From positions 19,378-83,377 of IMG/VR virus record IMGVR_UViG_2932385599_000003: a DNA stretch of 64,000 nucleotides; one strand, 5' to 3'. The translations under genes and the position numbers were made by a program. Under the pieces are notes generated by a model, which ran no database searches, had not been told where the DNA came from, and saw only the letters and a program-made list of their open reading frames with translations. Positions within the stretch are counted from its first letter, which is position 1. The number at the start of each line of letters is the position of its first letter. This document shows positions 18,885 to 28,161 of this stretch, in pieces. Origin of the DNA: a virus. Taxonomy: Duplodnaviria; Caudoviricetes.

Positions 18885-18986
18885 CCCCACGTCGGGCGCG
18901 CACGACCGCACCGCGGCGGGACCCCACGCGGACGCCACCCCACTGGTGGCCGACACATCCGCACCAACCAGCAAGGGGTCCCCACC

Positions 18987-19463
18987 ATGCCGAGGTTTTC
19001 CCGCAAGGGCGTCACCAAGGTCTTCTTCATCGACACGATCGCCGACGCCTCCTACATCCCCACCCGCGAAGAGCTGACCGGCGCCACCAACCTCACCAAG
19101 GCCATCGCCTCCATCGACGGGTTCAGCCTGGAGAACCAGGAGATCACCACCCCGGACCTCGAGTCCACGTTCAACAGCAAGATCCCCGGCGACGACGAGG
19201 CCGCCGACTCCAGCATCACCTTCTACGAGGACGACACCAGCAGCGTGATGGAGGAAGCCCTCGCCAAGGGCACCACCGGTTTCATCGTCTTCCTCCGCAA
19301 GGGCGACGTCCCGGCCTCCAAGAGCCTCGACAGCTTCCCCGTCCGCGTGGCCTCCCGCTCCCCGCAGATCACCGTGGAGAACGAAGCCGCCAAGTGGGTC
19401 GCCCGCTTCTCCATCACCGACACCCCGGCGCTCGACGCCGCCGTGCCGGCCGCCACGCCCTGA
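18987..19463 (+). CDS. Major tail (tube) protein
   Basis: PTREEL motif, size, precedes chaperones and tape measure. Confidence 0.8.
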   Translation: MPRFSRKGVTKVFFIDTIADASYIPTREELTGATNLTKAIASIDGFSLENQEITTPDLESTFNSKIPGDDEAADSSITFYEDDTSSVMEEALAKGTTGFIVFLRKGDVPASKSLDSFPVRVASRSPQITVENEAAKWVARFSITDTPALDAAVPAATP

Positions 19464-19487
19464 CCCACACCCGCCCCCCTTTGAGCT

Positions 19488-19541
19488 CCTGGCCGGGCCC
19501 GACGGTGTTCGGGAAGGGGCGCCGTCCGGCGCCCGGCCAGG
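19488..19541 (+). terminator. Long hairpin after the major tail gene
   Basis: CCTGGCCGGGC...GCCCGGCCAGG. Confidence 0.5.
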
Positions 19542-19571
19542 TCCCCCCTTCCCCGACGGAGGACCACCCCC

Positions 19572-20129
19572 ATGCCCAGCAAGACCACCACCAAGCCGGC
19601 CCCGCCCGCGCAGGCCGTCGCCAAGGACGCCCACTGGGCGGCCAAGCTCGAACGGCTCCGCACCCGGCAACGCCCGACCGCAACCCTCACCATCTGCGAC
19701 GACCACACCGCCCGCAAGGCCCTCGAGGACGCCCGCCGTACGCACCTCCTCGCCTCCGTCAAGGCCGACGGCGCCCCGGACGACACCGACGCGCAGCAGT
19801 CGCTCCGCGACGCCAAGCAGCGTCTCGACCAGGCGCAGGCCGCATTCGACCAGGCCGCGATCGTCCTCACGTTCCAGGCGCTGGAGCGGCCCGCGTTCGA
19901 GGCGCTGCGCCGCGCGCACCCCCCGACCGAGGAGCAGGCCGAGGACGGGCAGATCGTCAACGTCGAGACCCTCGCGCCGGAGCTGATCGCCGCAGCCAGC
20001 CTCGACGGCCTCACCCCCGACCTGGCGCGCGAGTTCCTCGACACCTGGGCCGAAGCCGAAGCGAGCCAGCTGTTCCAGACCGCGTGGGACGTGCAGTCCA
20101 CCGTGCGAGCTGACGTGGGAAAAGGCTGA
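19572..20129 (+). CDS. Tail assembly chaperone (gpG-like)
   Basis: Between tube and tape measure genes; ends at a slippery G GGA AAA. Confidence 0.85.
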   Translation: MPSKTTTKPAPPAQAVAKDAHWAAKLERLRTRQRPTATLTICDDHTARKALEDARRTHLLASVKADGAPDDTDAQQSLRDAKQRLDQAQAAFDQAAIVLTFQALERPAFEALRRAHPPTEEQAEDGQIVNVETLAPELIAAASLDGLTPDLAREFLDTWAEAEASQLFQTAWDVQSTVRADVGKG

Positions 20130-20539
20130 TCCAGGATGAGCGGTTCCGCGCCGAGCTTGAGCTGTGCGACCGGTGGGGCATCCCCCACAGCCACTTCCTC
20201 GGCGCCGGCGACGGCCGCTGGACACCCCGCGACCGGGACAAGGCCCTCGCCTACCGCGCCTACCAGCGCACGGTGTGTCCGCAGTGCGGCACCCGTCACG
20301 ACGAATGGGATCACGGCGGCCCCGACGAAGAGGACCAGTACGTCGCGGTCGGGCAGCGCTGCGTCGGCTGCCAGACCATCGCCGACAAGCAGCAGCAACT
20401 CGAGCAGCAGGGCATCGACCTGCACGGCATGAAGATCGGCCTCCTCCCCGTCGCGGTCCACGCGGCGATGGAAGCCGAGCGGGACCTCCGCAAGGCCCAG
20501 CGCGGGCGCCGCGCCTGGGACGACGAAGACGACGAGTAG
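20117..20539 (+). CDS. Tail assembly chaperone -1 frameshift extension (gpGT-like)
   Basis: GGGAAAA at 20117-20123; the -1 frame reads RLIQDERFRAELELCDRWGIPH... to the stop at 20539. Confidence 0.8.
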   Translation, partial: GKRLIQDERFRAELELCDRWGIPHSHFLGAGDGRWTPRDRDKALAYRAYQRTVCPQCGTRHDEWDHGGPDEEDQYVAVGQRCVGCQTIADKQQQLEQQGIDLHGMKIGLLPVAVHAAMEAERDLRKAQRGRRAWDDEDDE

Positions 20540-20551
20540 AAGGGAGGGCCG

Positions 20552-23500
20552 GTGGCCAACTGGACCCTGTCGGTCGACCTGCGCGGGCAGGGCACCGACC
20601 TGGCACGCACACTCCGCCAGACCGCTGCCCAGGCCCGCACCCTCGGCACAGCCGTCCGCGGCGCCCAGCAGGAGGTACGCAGCCTCGGCGCCGCCTCCCG
20701 CACCGCCGGCGGACACGTCCGCGGCCTCGGCCGGGACACCAACACCACCCGCGCCAACCTCGCTCGGCTCGACACCCAGGCCGCCCGAACCGAGCGGCAC
20801 CTGCGGAGCCTGGCCGCTCAGGCCCGCGCCCTGCAAGCACAGCTCGCCCGGATCGACACCGACATCCGGATCGCCGTCCGCCTCGACGATGCCACCGGTG
20901 CCGGCACCGCGGCGATCCGCGCCACCCTCGACAGGCTGCGCTCCGAGAGCGCGTCCATCGGTGTGCGGCTGGAGGACGACACCGCCGCCACGGCCGCCGC
21001 CGTCCGCACCACCCTGGACGAGCTGCGGGCCAGCGCCACCAGCATCGCCGTCCGCCTCGACAACGAGACCGGACCCGGAGCGGCCGCGATCCGCGCCGCC
21101 CTCGACGAGCTGAGCACCCACAGCGCCAGCATCGCCGTCCGCCTCGACGACGACACCAGCACCGGCATCGCCGCCGTACGAGCGAGCCTGGCGGCTCTGC
21201 GCTCCGAGAGCCCCCTCAACCTCGTCATCAACGTGCGGCTCCGCGGCGCTGCCGCCGCCCAGCGCGCCCTGCAGCAGCTCCAGGACGCCGCTCAGGACGC
21301 CTACCGGCGCCTGGCCATCCTCGAACGCCGGGCCCGCCTCACCGCCGAGGCTCTCAACGAGCTCCGTACGGCCGCCCGCGCCGCCGCCACCGACATCCGG
21401 CGCCTGGACCGTGCAGGGGACCGGGCCGCCACACGGATGGGAGACCTCACCGGGAGCACCCGCACCCTGCGCATGAACATGGACGAGCTCGACACGTCCG
21501 TCACCCGCGTCGCCGGCCACATGGGCGGGCTGCGAGGCAGCCTGGGCACCATCAACCAGTCGACGAACCAGGCCAGCAAGAACTCGCGGCTCCTCATCAC
21601 CGCGGCCGTGGCGCTGGCCACGGCCCTGATCCCCATCGCCGCCGCAACCGTCCCGATCGCCACCGGCCTCGTCGCGGCTGCCGCCGGGGCCGGCGCGTTC
21701 GGCGCGGCGATCGGCGGGCAGATGAAGCACCTCGCCGACGCCACCGAAGCGGAAACGAAGTACCTGGAGGCCGTCGAGGAGCACGGCAAGGCATCAGAAC
21801 AGGCCGCCGAAGCAGAGATGGCCATGTTCCGGCAGCTCTCGAAGCTGCCACCGGCCACCCGCCGCGCCGCCGCCGCGTTCGAGAACTTCAAGGACGAGTA
21901 CGTCGCATGGTCCAACTCGCTGGCCGGCACCACCATGCCGGTCGTCGAGAAGACGTTCGGCATCCTCACCGACCTCTTCCCCCGCCTCAACCCGATGATC
22001 AGCGGCGCGAGCCGGGAGCTGCAACGCTTCCAGGCGATCGTCGCCGGCGGGATGCAGACAGGCGCCTTCGACGGGTTCATGAGCCGCGCCGAGGAGTTCT
22101 CCACCACCACCCTCGCCCGGATGAACAGCGGCCTGATCCGCCTGGCCATGCGCCTGGACAGCGGCGAGGTCGGCGGGAACCTCCGCGAGTTCTTCGAATG
22201 GGCCCGCCAGCACGGCCCGCTCGTCGGAGAGACCCTGGGCGAGATCGCCGACATGGCGCTGCACCTCCTCGTCGCCGCGTCGGACACCGGCGTCGGCGTG
22301 CTGACCCTCGTCAACGCGCTCGCCAGCCTGGTCACCGCCATCCCCACCGACGTGCTGTCCACGATGCTGCAGCTGTACACGGTGATGAAGCTCGTCAGCC
22401 TCGCGGCGACCGGGCTCAGTGCGGCGATGGGCCCGGCCGTGGCGGGCCGGATCGCCGCGTACTTCGCCGTCATGCGGGCGGCCGGCGTCGCCACCACACT
22501 GCAGGCGACCGCCGCTTCCATGTCGGCCGTGACGAAAGCGACGATCGGCCTGGGGGCCCTGGCCGTCGCCGCCATCGGCATCGGCAAGCTCGCCGACAAG
22601 GCCCGCGGCGCCCCGCCGGACATCGACCGGCTGACCACGAGCCTGAAGGAGCTCGCCGAGACCGGAAAGTTCACCGGCGAGCTGAAGGACACCTTCGGCG
22701 ACATCGACGGGGTCATCGACAAGCTCGAACAGCTCGGGCAGGCAACGAAGGACCAGCAGGAGTACGTCGACGGGTTCAACACCAGCGGCATGGTCGGCCC
22801 CCTCGACGACCTGCGGCGCAGCGCGAACGACCTGTGGCAGGACCTCACCCGCGGGGAGGAGTCCCTCACCGCGCTGGAGGACGACTTCAAGGGCCTGGAC
22901 GGGGCCCTCGCCGGGATGGCCAAGTCCGGCTACGGCGAGCAGGCCGCCGAGGACTACGCGCTGATCGTGGCCGCCGCGAACAAGGCCGGGCACTCCACGA
23001 AGGACCTCGCCGCGGTCTTCCCGCAGTACAACGCGGCGCTCAAGGCGGCCGCCGCCGAGCAGCGGCTCGTCGCCGCCGGCATGGGCCTGTTCGGTGAGCA
23101 GGCCCTGGCCACCAAGGCCAAGCTCGACAGCCAGAAAGCCTCCGCGGACGGCCTGCGCGGCGCCATCCAGGCCCTCAACGACGTCAACCGGGCCGCCCTC
23201 GGCGGGATGATCGCGTTCGAGCAGGCCATCGACGACGCCGCGAAGGCCGCCAAGGAGAACGCCGGCGCTCTCACCATGTCGGGCGGGAAACTCAACCTCA
23301 ACAGCGAGAAGGCCCGCGAGGCGGCCTCCGGACTGCAGGACCTCGCCACAAAGACTGAGGAGGCTGCTGCCGCCGCACGCGAGTCCGGCGCCTCGTGGGC
23401 CGAGGTGCAGGGCATCTACGACCGCGGCCGCGACTCGTTCCTCGCCTCCGCCAAGGCTGCCGGTCTGACCGCCCAGCAGGCCGAGCTCCTGCGGCAGCGG

Positions 23501-25216
23501 ATGCTTGAGCTCCCCGACAAGCGTTCCACTCGTATCGAGATGCAGACCGAAGACGCCGTCATGGGCCTCGACGCCGTCATCTCGAAGATCAAGGCCACGC
23601 CCAACGCCAAGTCGGTGACGGTCAACGCCCTGACCAAGGGCGCCACCGAGATGCTCAACGACCTCGGCTACAAGACCAAGACCCTGCCCGACGGACGAGT
23701 CCAGGTCACCGCGAAGACGGGGCAAGCGATCGACGGCCTGGCCGCAGTCCGGGCCGCCCGCGACGCGCTGCAGGACAAGACCATCACCATCACGACCCGC
23801 CGGGTCGTCACCGAGGAACGCATCGTCTACCCGGCTACCGGAGAGGTGAAGCCCCGCAACAAGCCCGGCCTCGGCGGGTACGCGGACGGCGGCATCGTCC
23901 ATGCAGCGAACGGCATGTTCGTCCCCGGCTACGCGCCGCGGCAGGACACCGTGCTGTCGCTGCTCTCCCCGGGCGAGGGCGTCCTCGTCCCCGAGACCGT
24001 CCGGAAGCTCGGCGCGGTGACGGGCATGGGCAGCGAGGGCGTCGTGAAGGCCCTCAACGCGTGGGGCCGCTACGGCACCGCCATGGCCGCGTTCGCCGAC
24101 GGCGGCCTCGTCGCCCCGCAGCGTTTCGCCGACGGCGGGATCAGTACGTCCTACGACCCCACCGAGCTGTACAGCCTGTCCTCGATCGCCTCGTCGTCCC
24201 GCGACGACAAGCAGAAGTTCTCCCCGGCGATCTTCGGGCGGCGCCTCACCTCGTCCATCCGCGTCGCCCGCGCCTGGCGCAAGGACCTCGCCACAGTCGC
24301 CGCCCGCGCCGGGCAGGACGTCGCCGACGCGCTGGAGGCGATGGGCGAGGAGGGCATCGAGCTCACCCGGAAGATGGCCAACGGCTCCGCGAAGTACACC
24401 CGCCAGATGGCCGCCAGCCTCAAGGCGCTGGCCGACGCGTCGAAGGCCACCCTCGGCGACTACACCGGGCAGCTCACCAAGACCGTCAAGGACCAGACCG
24501 CGTTCCAGAACAACCTGCTCAAGCTCGCCGCGCAGGGGAACACCGACCTCGCCAAGGCCCTCGCCGCGCAAGGCGACCAGGCCGCCGCCGACCTTGCCGC
24601 CGCCGCGGTGAAAGACCCGCGCCGGGCTCGCCACGCCAACACCGCCGCCCGCGAAGCCGCCAACGCGCTCTCCCCGGACCAGGTCGAACAGCTCGTTGCG
24701 ATCATCGCCGCGATCACCACCGCCAAGACCGGTATCCACGACGTCGCCGCGACGACCGGGCTGGGGGAGGACGACATCATCGCCGTCGCCACGAAGGCGT
24801 CCACCCGCATCAAGTCCGCGCTCGGCGCCCGCGCCACGCGGTTCCTCGCCGACCTGGCCCGAGCCAACAAGGGCCTGTCCTACGCCGACGGCGGTATCCG
24901 CGAGGGCATCTACTCCACCGTCGGCGGCGCCGTCACCTTCGCGGAACCTCAGACGGGCGGGGAGGCGTTCATCCCGCTCGGCGCGAACAAGCGCCGCGCC
25001 GCCACGCGCGTGCTCGCCGACGTGGCCGGCCGGTTCGGTATCGGCCTGACCGACATCAGCGCGGCCCGGCAGGTCGTCGTCGTGAAGGAGGGCGGCGACA
25101 CCTACGTCACCGTCCCCGCCGTCCGTACCGGCGCCACCGCGTCCGACATCGGCGCCCACGTCGGCCGGCAGGTCCGCCGCGCACGCAGGGGAGGGGTGGC
25201 AGCCCGTGGCTACTGA
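20552..25216 (+). CDS. Tape measure protein
   Basis: 1554 aa, Ala-rich and helical, YADGG/FADGG motifs, FAEPQTGGEAFIPL. Confidence 0.92.
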   Translation: MANWTLSVDLRGQGTDLARTLRQTAAQARTLGTAVRGAQQEVRSLGAASRTAGGHVRGLGRDTNTTRANLARLDTQAARTERHLRSLAAQARALQAQLARIDTDIRIAVRLDDATGAGTAAIRATLDRLRSESASIGVRLEDDTAATAAAVRTTLDELRASATSIAVRLDNETGPGAAAIRAALDELSTHSASIAVRLDDDTSTGIAAVRASLAALRSESPLNLVINVRLRGAAAAQRALQQLQDAAQDAYRRLAILERRARLTAEALNELRTAARAAATDIRRLDRAGDRAATRMGDLTGSTRTLRMNMDELDTSVTRVAGHMGGLRGSLGTINQSTNQASKNSRLLITAAVALATALIPIAAATVPIATGLVAAAAGAGAFGAAIGGQMKHLADATEAETKYLEAVEEHGKASEQAAEAEMAMFRQLSKLPPATRRAAAAFENFKDEYVAWSNSLAGTTMPVVEKTFGILTDLFPRLNPMISGASRELQRFQAIVAGGMQTGAFDGFMSRAEEFSTTTLARMNSGLIRLAMRLDSGEVGGNLREFFEWARQHGPLVGETLGEIADMALHLLVAASDTGVGVLTLVNALASLVTAIPTDVLSTMLQLYTVMKLVSLAATGLSAAMGPAVAGRIAAYFAVMRAAGVATTLQATAASMSAVTKATIGLGALAVAAIGIGKLADKARGAPPDIDRLTTSLKELAETGKFTGELKDTFGDIDGVIDKLEQLGQATKDQQEYVDGFNTSGMVGPLDDLRRSANDLWQDLTRGEESLTALEDDFKGLDGALAGMAKSGYGEQAAEDYALIVAAANKAGHSTKDLAAVFPQYNAALKAAAAEQRLVAAGMGLFGEQALATKAKLDSQKASADGLRGAIQALNDVNRAALGGMIAFEQAIDDAAKAAKENAGALTMSGGKLNLNSEKAREAASGLQDLATKTEEAAAAARESGASWAEVQGIYDRGRDSFLASAKAAGLTAQQAELLRQRMLELPDKRSTRIEMQTEDAVMGLDAVISKIKATPNAKSVTVNALTKGATEMLNDLGYKTKTLPDGRVQVTAKTGQAIDGLAAVRAARDALQDKTITITTRRVVTEERIVYPATGEVKPRNKPGLGGYADGGIVHAANGMFVPGYAPRQDTVLSLLSPGEGVLVPETVRKLGAVTGMGSEGVVKALNAWGRYGTAMAAFADGGLVAPQRFADGGISTSYDPTELYSLSSIASSSRDDKQKFSPAIFGRRLTSSIRVARAWRKDLATVAARAGQDVADALEAMGEEGIELTRKMANGSAKYTRQMAASLKALADASKATLGDYTGQLTKTVKDQTAFQNNLLKLAAQGNTDLAKALAAQGDQAAADLAAAAVKDPRRARHANTAAREAANALSPDQVEQLVAIIAAITTAKTGIHDVAATTGLGEDDIIAVATKASTRIKSALGARATRFLADLARANKGLSYADGGIREGIYSTVGGAVTFAEPQTGGEAFIPLGANKRRAATRVLADVAGRFGIGLTDISAARQVVVVKEGGDTYVTVPAVRTGATASDIGAHVGRQVRRARRGGVAARGY
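20870..21217 (+). repeat. Four 87-bp (29-aa) tandem repeats in the tape measure gene
   Basis: I(A/G)VRL(D/E) units start at 20870, 20957, 21044 and 21131. Confidence 0.85.
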
Positions 25217-26111
25217 GCCCGTACTGTCCGACGGACAGATCGACCTGTGCGGCACCGTCATCGGGGCCGGCACCACCGTCAACCTGATCGAGATCACCGG
25301 CCTGGGCCGGCCCCCGGTCCGGGACAACGACCACGACCAGCCCTCCATGGACGGCTCCTGGCCCGGCCCGGACTACTTCGCGCCCCGCTCCGTGCAGATC
25401 GACGCCGCCATCAAGACCCCCGGCGACCCGACCGCGTGCGAGGCCATGCTCGCCGCGCTCCAGCAGCCCGCATGGGACCCGACTGTTCGCCTCACCGGCG
25501 GCGCCACCACCCACCTGCGCATCAAGCGGCCCGGCCGCCCCACCAAGCGCCTCGAAGGCCGCCTGCGCCGCCTCGATGCCGAGTACGCGCAGGTCAAGCA
25601 CGGCTACATGCCCCTCGACATCGAGTTCCTGGCCACCGACCCCACCTGGTACGCCGACACCGCCACCACCACCGAGATCCCCCTCGGCTGGCTCACCGGC
25701 GGCGGGTTCGCCGCGCCCGTGACCGCCCCCCTCTACGTGCAGGACGGCGCCACGGCCGCCGACCGGCCCGGCTGGGCCACCAACGCCGGCACCGCCGACG
25801 CCTGGCCGATCATCCGCATCACCGGGCCCTGCTCCAACGTGACGATCATCCACGCCGACACCGGCCGCACCCTCGCCATGCCCGCCCTCACCCTCACCGC
25901 GGGGCAGTGGCTGGAGATCGACACCCGGCCCGGCCACCGCACCGTCACCCGCGAGACCGGCGGCAACGCCACGGCCCTCCTCACCCCCGCCTCCCGCATC
26001 GACCTGTTCTCTCTGCCGCCCGGCACCAGCGAGATGCGGTGGACCGCCTACGACCACACCAACACCGCCCGCATGCGCCTGACCTGGCGCGACGCCTACA
26101 CCGCCCTCTGA
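25206..26111 (+). CDS. Distal tail protein (Dit-like)
   Basis: Follows tape measure; FLATDPTWY, NAGTADAWP, LPPG. Confidence 0.8.
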   Translation: MATEPVLSDGQIDLCGTVIGAGTTVNLIEITGLGRPPVRDNDHDQPSMDGSWPGPDYFAPRSVQIDAAIKTPGDPTACEAMLAALQQPAWDPTVRLTGGATTHLRIKRPGRPTKRLEGRLRRLDAEYAQVKHGYMPLDIEFLATDPTWYADTATTTEIPLGWLTGGGFAAPVTAPLYVQDGATAADRPGWATNAGTADAWPIIRITGPCSNVTIIHADTGRTLAMPALTLTAGQWLEIDTRPGHRTVTRETGGNATALLTPASRIDLFSLPPGTSEMRWTAYDHTNTARMRLTWRDAYTAL

Positions 26112-26122
26112 GGGAGACCGCC

Positions 26123-27061
26123 GTGCCCCTGATTCCGCAGCCGATCCTCGTCAACGGCGCCACCCACTCCGCGCAGCAGTTCCGGCTCCTCGTCGAGGAC
26201 CTCTCCCGCGGCAACGAGGGCGTCACCCACGGAACCGACCTGAAGGTCACCGAGCTCGGCACACCAGGCGGCAGCGTGCAGGTCGCCTCCGGCACCGGCG
26301 TCATCCGCGGCCGCGCCGCCGCGTTCCAGGGCACCTACGCCGCAGCGAACGTCGGCTCCACCACCGTCGACATCGCCCCCACCGGGGGCACCGGCCGCTC
26401 CGACCTGCTCATCCTGCGCGTCGAGGACCCCGAGTACGAAGGCAGCCTCGACCCGGCCGTCGACCCGATCGCCTACTTCCAGGTCATCTCCAACGTGTCG
26501 TCCAGCGCCACGACGATCCCCGACGGCCGCACCGGCATCCCCCTCGCCCGGATCGACATCCCCGCCTCCACCTCCACCATCACCAACGCGATGATCACCG
26601 ACGTGCGAAAGATCGCCAACCCGCGCCGGGAACGCACCCTCCTGCCGCCGCAGTCACCCACCTCGCTCAGCGCAGAGCTCGGCGCCAGCACCACCTACAG
26701 CTACTTCTCCACCGCCGCCGGCTGGAACATCCCCGTCCCCGACTGGGCGAGCATCGCCCGCGTCCGCGTCGACGGGTCCGCGCTGCGCCTGACCACCGCC
26801 GACTTCTACGGCGGGTTCCGCGCCACGTTCGGGGCCTCCCTGGTCGTGCAGAACGTCACCATCGACGACAACGGCGGCGCCACCACCCGCCGCATCCAGT
26901 CCGTGGCGGCGGACACCCTCACCATCCCCGACGCCTACCGCGGCACCACCCAGCTCCTGCGCGCCCAGGCGGCCGGCTACACCGGCAACGCGGGCCGGAT
27001 CGCCGTCGACCCCTCCTCCACCCTCATCGGCGACATCGAGTTCATCGAGGCGCCCCGATGA
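26123..27061 (+). CDS. Minor tail protein
   Basis: RSDLLILRVEDPEY and PLARI...IT..DVR motifs. Confidence 0.7.
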   Translation: MPLIPQPILVNGATHSAQQFRLLVEDLSRGNEGVTHGTDLKVTELGTPGGSVQVASGTGVIRGRAAAFQGTYAAANVGSTTVDIAPTGGTGRSDLLILRVEDPEYEGSLDPAVDPIAYFQVISNVSSSATTIPDGRTGIPLARIDIPASTSTITNAMITDVRKIANPRRERTLLPPQSPTSLSAELGASTTYSYFSTAAGWNIPVPDWASIARVRVDGSALRLTTADFYGGFRATFGASLVVQNVTIDDNGGATTRRIQSVAADTLTIPDAYRGTTQLLRAQAAGYTGNAGRIAVDPSSTLIGDIEFIEAPR

Positions 27062-28161
27062 CGCCCAGCCCCATGCGGGTCCTCACCCAGCACGCCCTGA
27101 CCGGAGCCTGGCAGTCCCTGTCCCTGCCCCTGCGCGACCTGGAGTACGGGCCGGAGCTGAACGGGCCCGGCACCCTGTCGGGCACCCTGGAACCCCGCCT
27201 CCTCGCCCAGCACCCCACCCTCGTCGACCCCGGTACCACCTGCATCTACGTCGAAGCCGACGGGAACATCCGGTGGGGCGGACTCGTCTGGGACGTCCGC
27301 ACCCAAGGCGACCGCCTCACCGTCGAAGCCGCCTCGTGGTCGTCGTACGCGCAGCGCCGCCACGACCTCGACGGAGAACTCGGCGGACGCGGCCCCTACA
27401 CCTACGCCGACCCCTGCACGGTCATCCGCGACATGTGGGCCTACCTGCAGTCGGTGCCGGACGGGAACCTCGGCGTGCTCGTCGACCCCACCACGACCAC
27501 CGCGAAGGTCGGCACCCCCGCAGACCCCTACAGCTTTCCGTTCTGGGAGCACCCCAACCTCGGGGACCGGATGGACGACCTCGTCTCCGGTGACGCCACC
27601 CCGGACTACACCTGCACCACCGCGTGGAACGAGGACCGCACGGCGGTGGTGAAACGGATCCGGCTCGGCTGGCCCCGCCTCGGCGCCCGCCGCACCGACA
27701 TCAGCTTCGCGTCCGGCGTGAACATCCTCGAAGACCCCGAGATCCAGCTCGCGGGCGACGACTACGCCCAGGTCGTCGTCGCCGCGGGCGCGGGGGACGG
27801 CCGCGCCAAGCGCCGGCAGGTCTCCGCCGTCCGCAACGGCCGGCTCCGCCTGGAGCACATCCTCGACCTGCCCGAGGTGAAAGCCAACGACGTCCTCGCC
27901 GCCCGCGCGGCCGCCGAACGCGCGATCCGGCAGACCCTCGGCACCGTCGAGCAGATCACCATCCGCGACACCCCCGCCGCCCCCTTCGGCAGCTTCCAGG
28001 TCGGCGACGACGTGTACACCCGCGTCCACAACGCCTGGACCGACTACACCGGCTGGTGCCGCGTCACCGGCTGGACCATCCGCCCCCACGCCACCGGCGG
28101 CCCCCAGGCCACCATCAGCCTGCGCCCGGCCGACACCTACCAGTACGGAGGAACCCCGTGA
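27058..28161 (+). CDS. Minor tail/baseplate hub protein
   Basis: LNGPGTL, WGGLVW, VGD motifs; position. Confidence 0.7.
   Translation: MTPSPMRVLTQHALTGAWQSLSLPLRDLEYGPELNGPGTLSGTLEPRLLAQHPTLVDPGTTCIYVEADGNIRWGGLVWDVRTQGDRLTVEAASWSSYAQRRHDLDGELGGRGPYTYADPCTVIRDMWAYLQSVPDGNLGVLVDPTTTTAKVGTPADPYSFPFWEHPNLGDRMDDLVSGDATPDYTCTTAWNEDRTAVVKRIRLGWPRLGARRTDISFASGVNILEDPEIQLAGDDYAQVVVAAGAGDGRAKRRQVSAVRNGRLRLEHILDLPEVKANDVLAARAAAERAIRQTLGTVEQITIRDTPAAPFGSFQVGDDVYTRVHNAWTDYTGWCRVTGWTIRPHATGGPQATISLRPADTYQYGGTP

Noticed and set aside
20870-21217. 87-bp periodic repeats as a CRISPR or mobile repeat
   Set aside because: In-frame 29-aa protein repeats of the tape measure protein.
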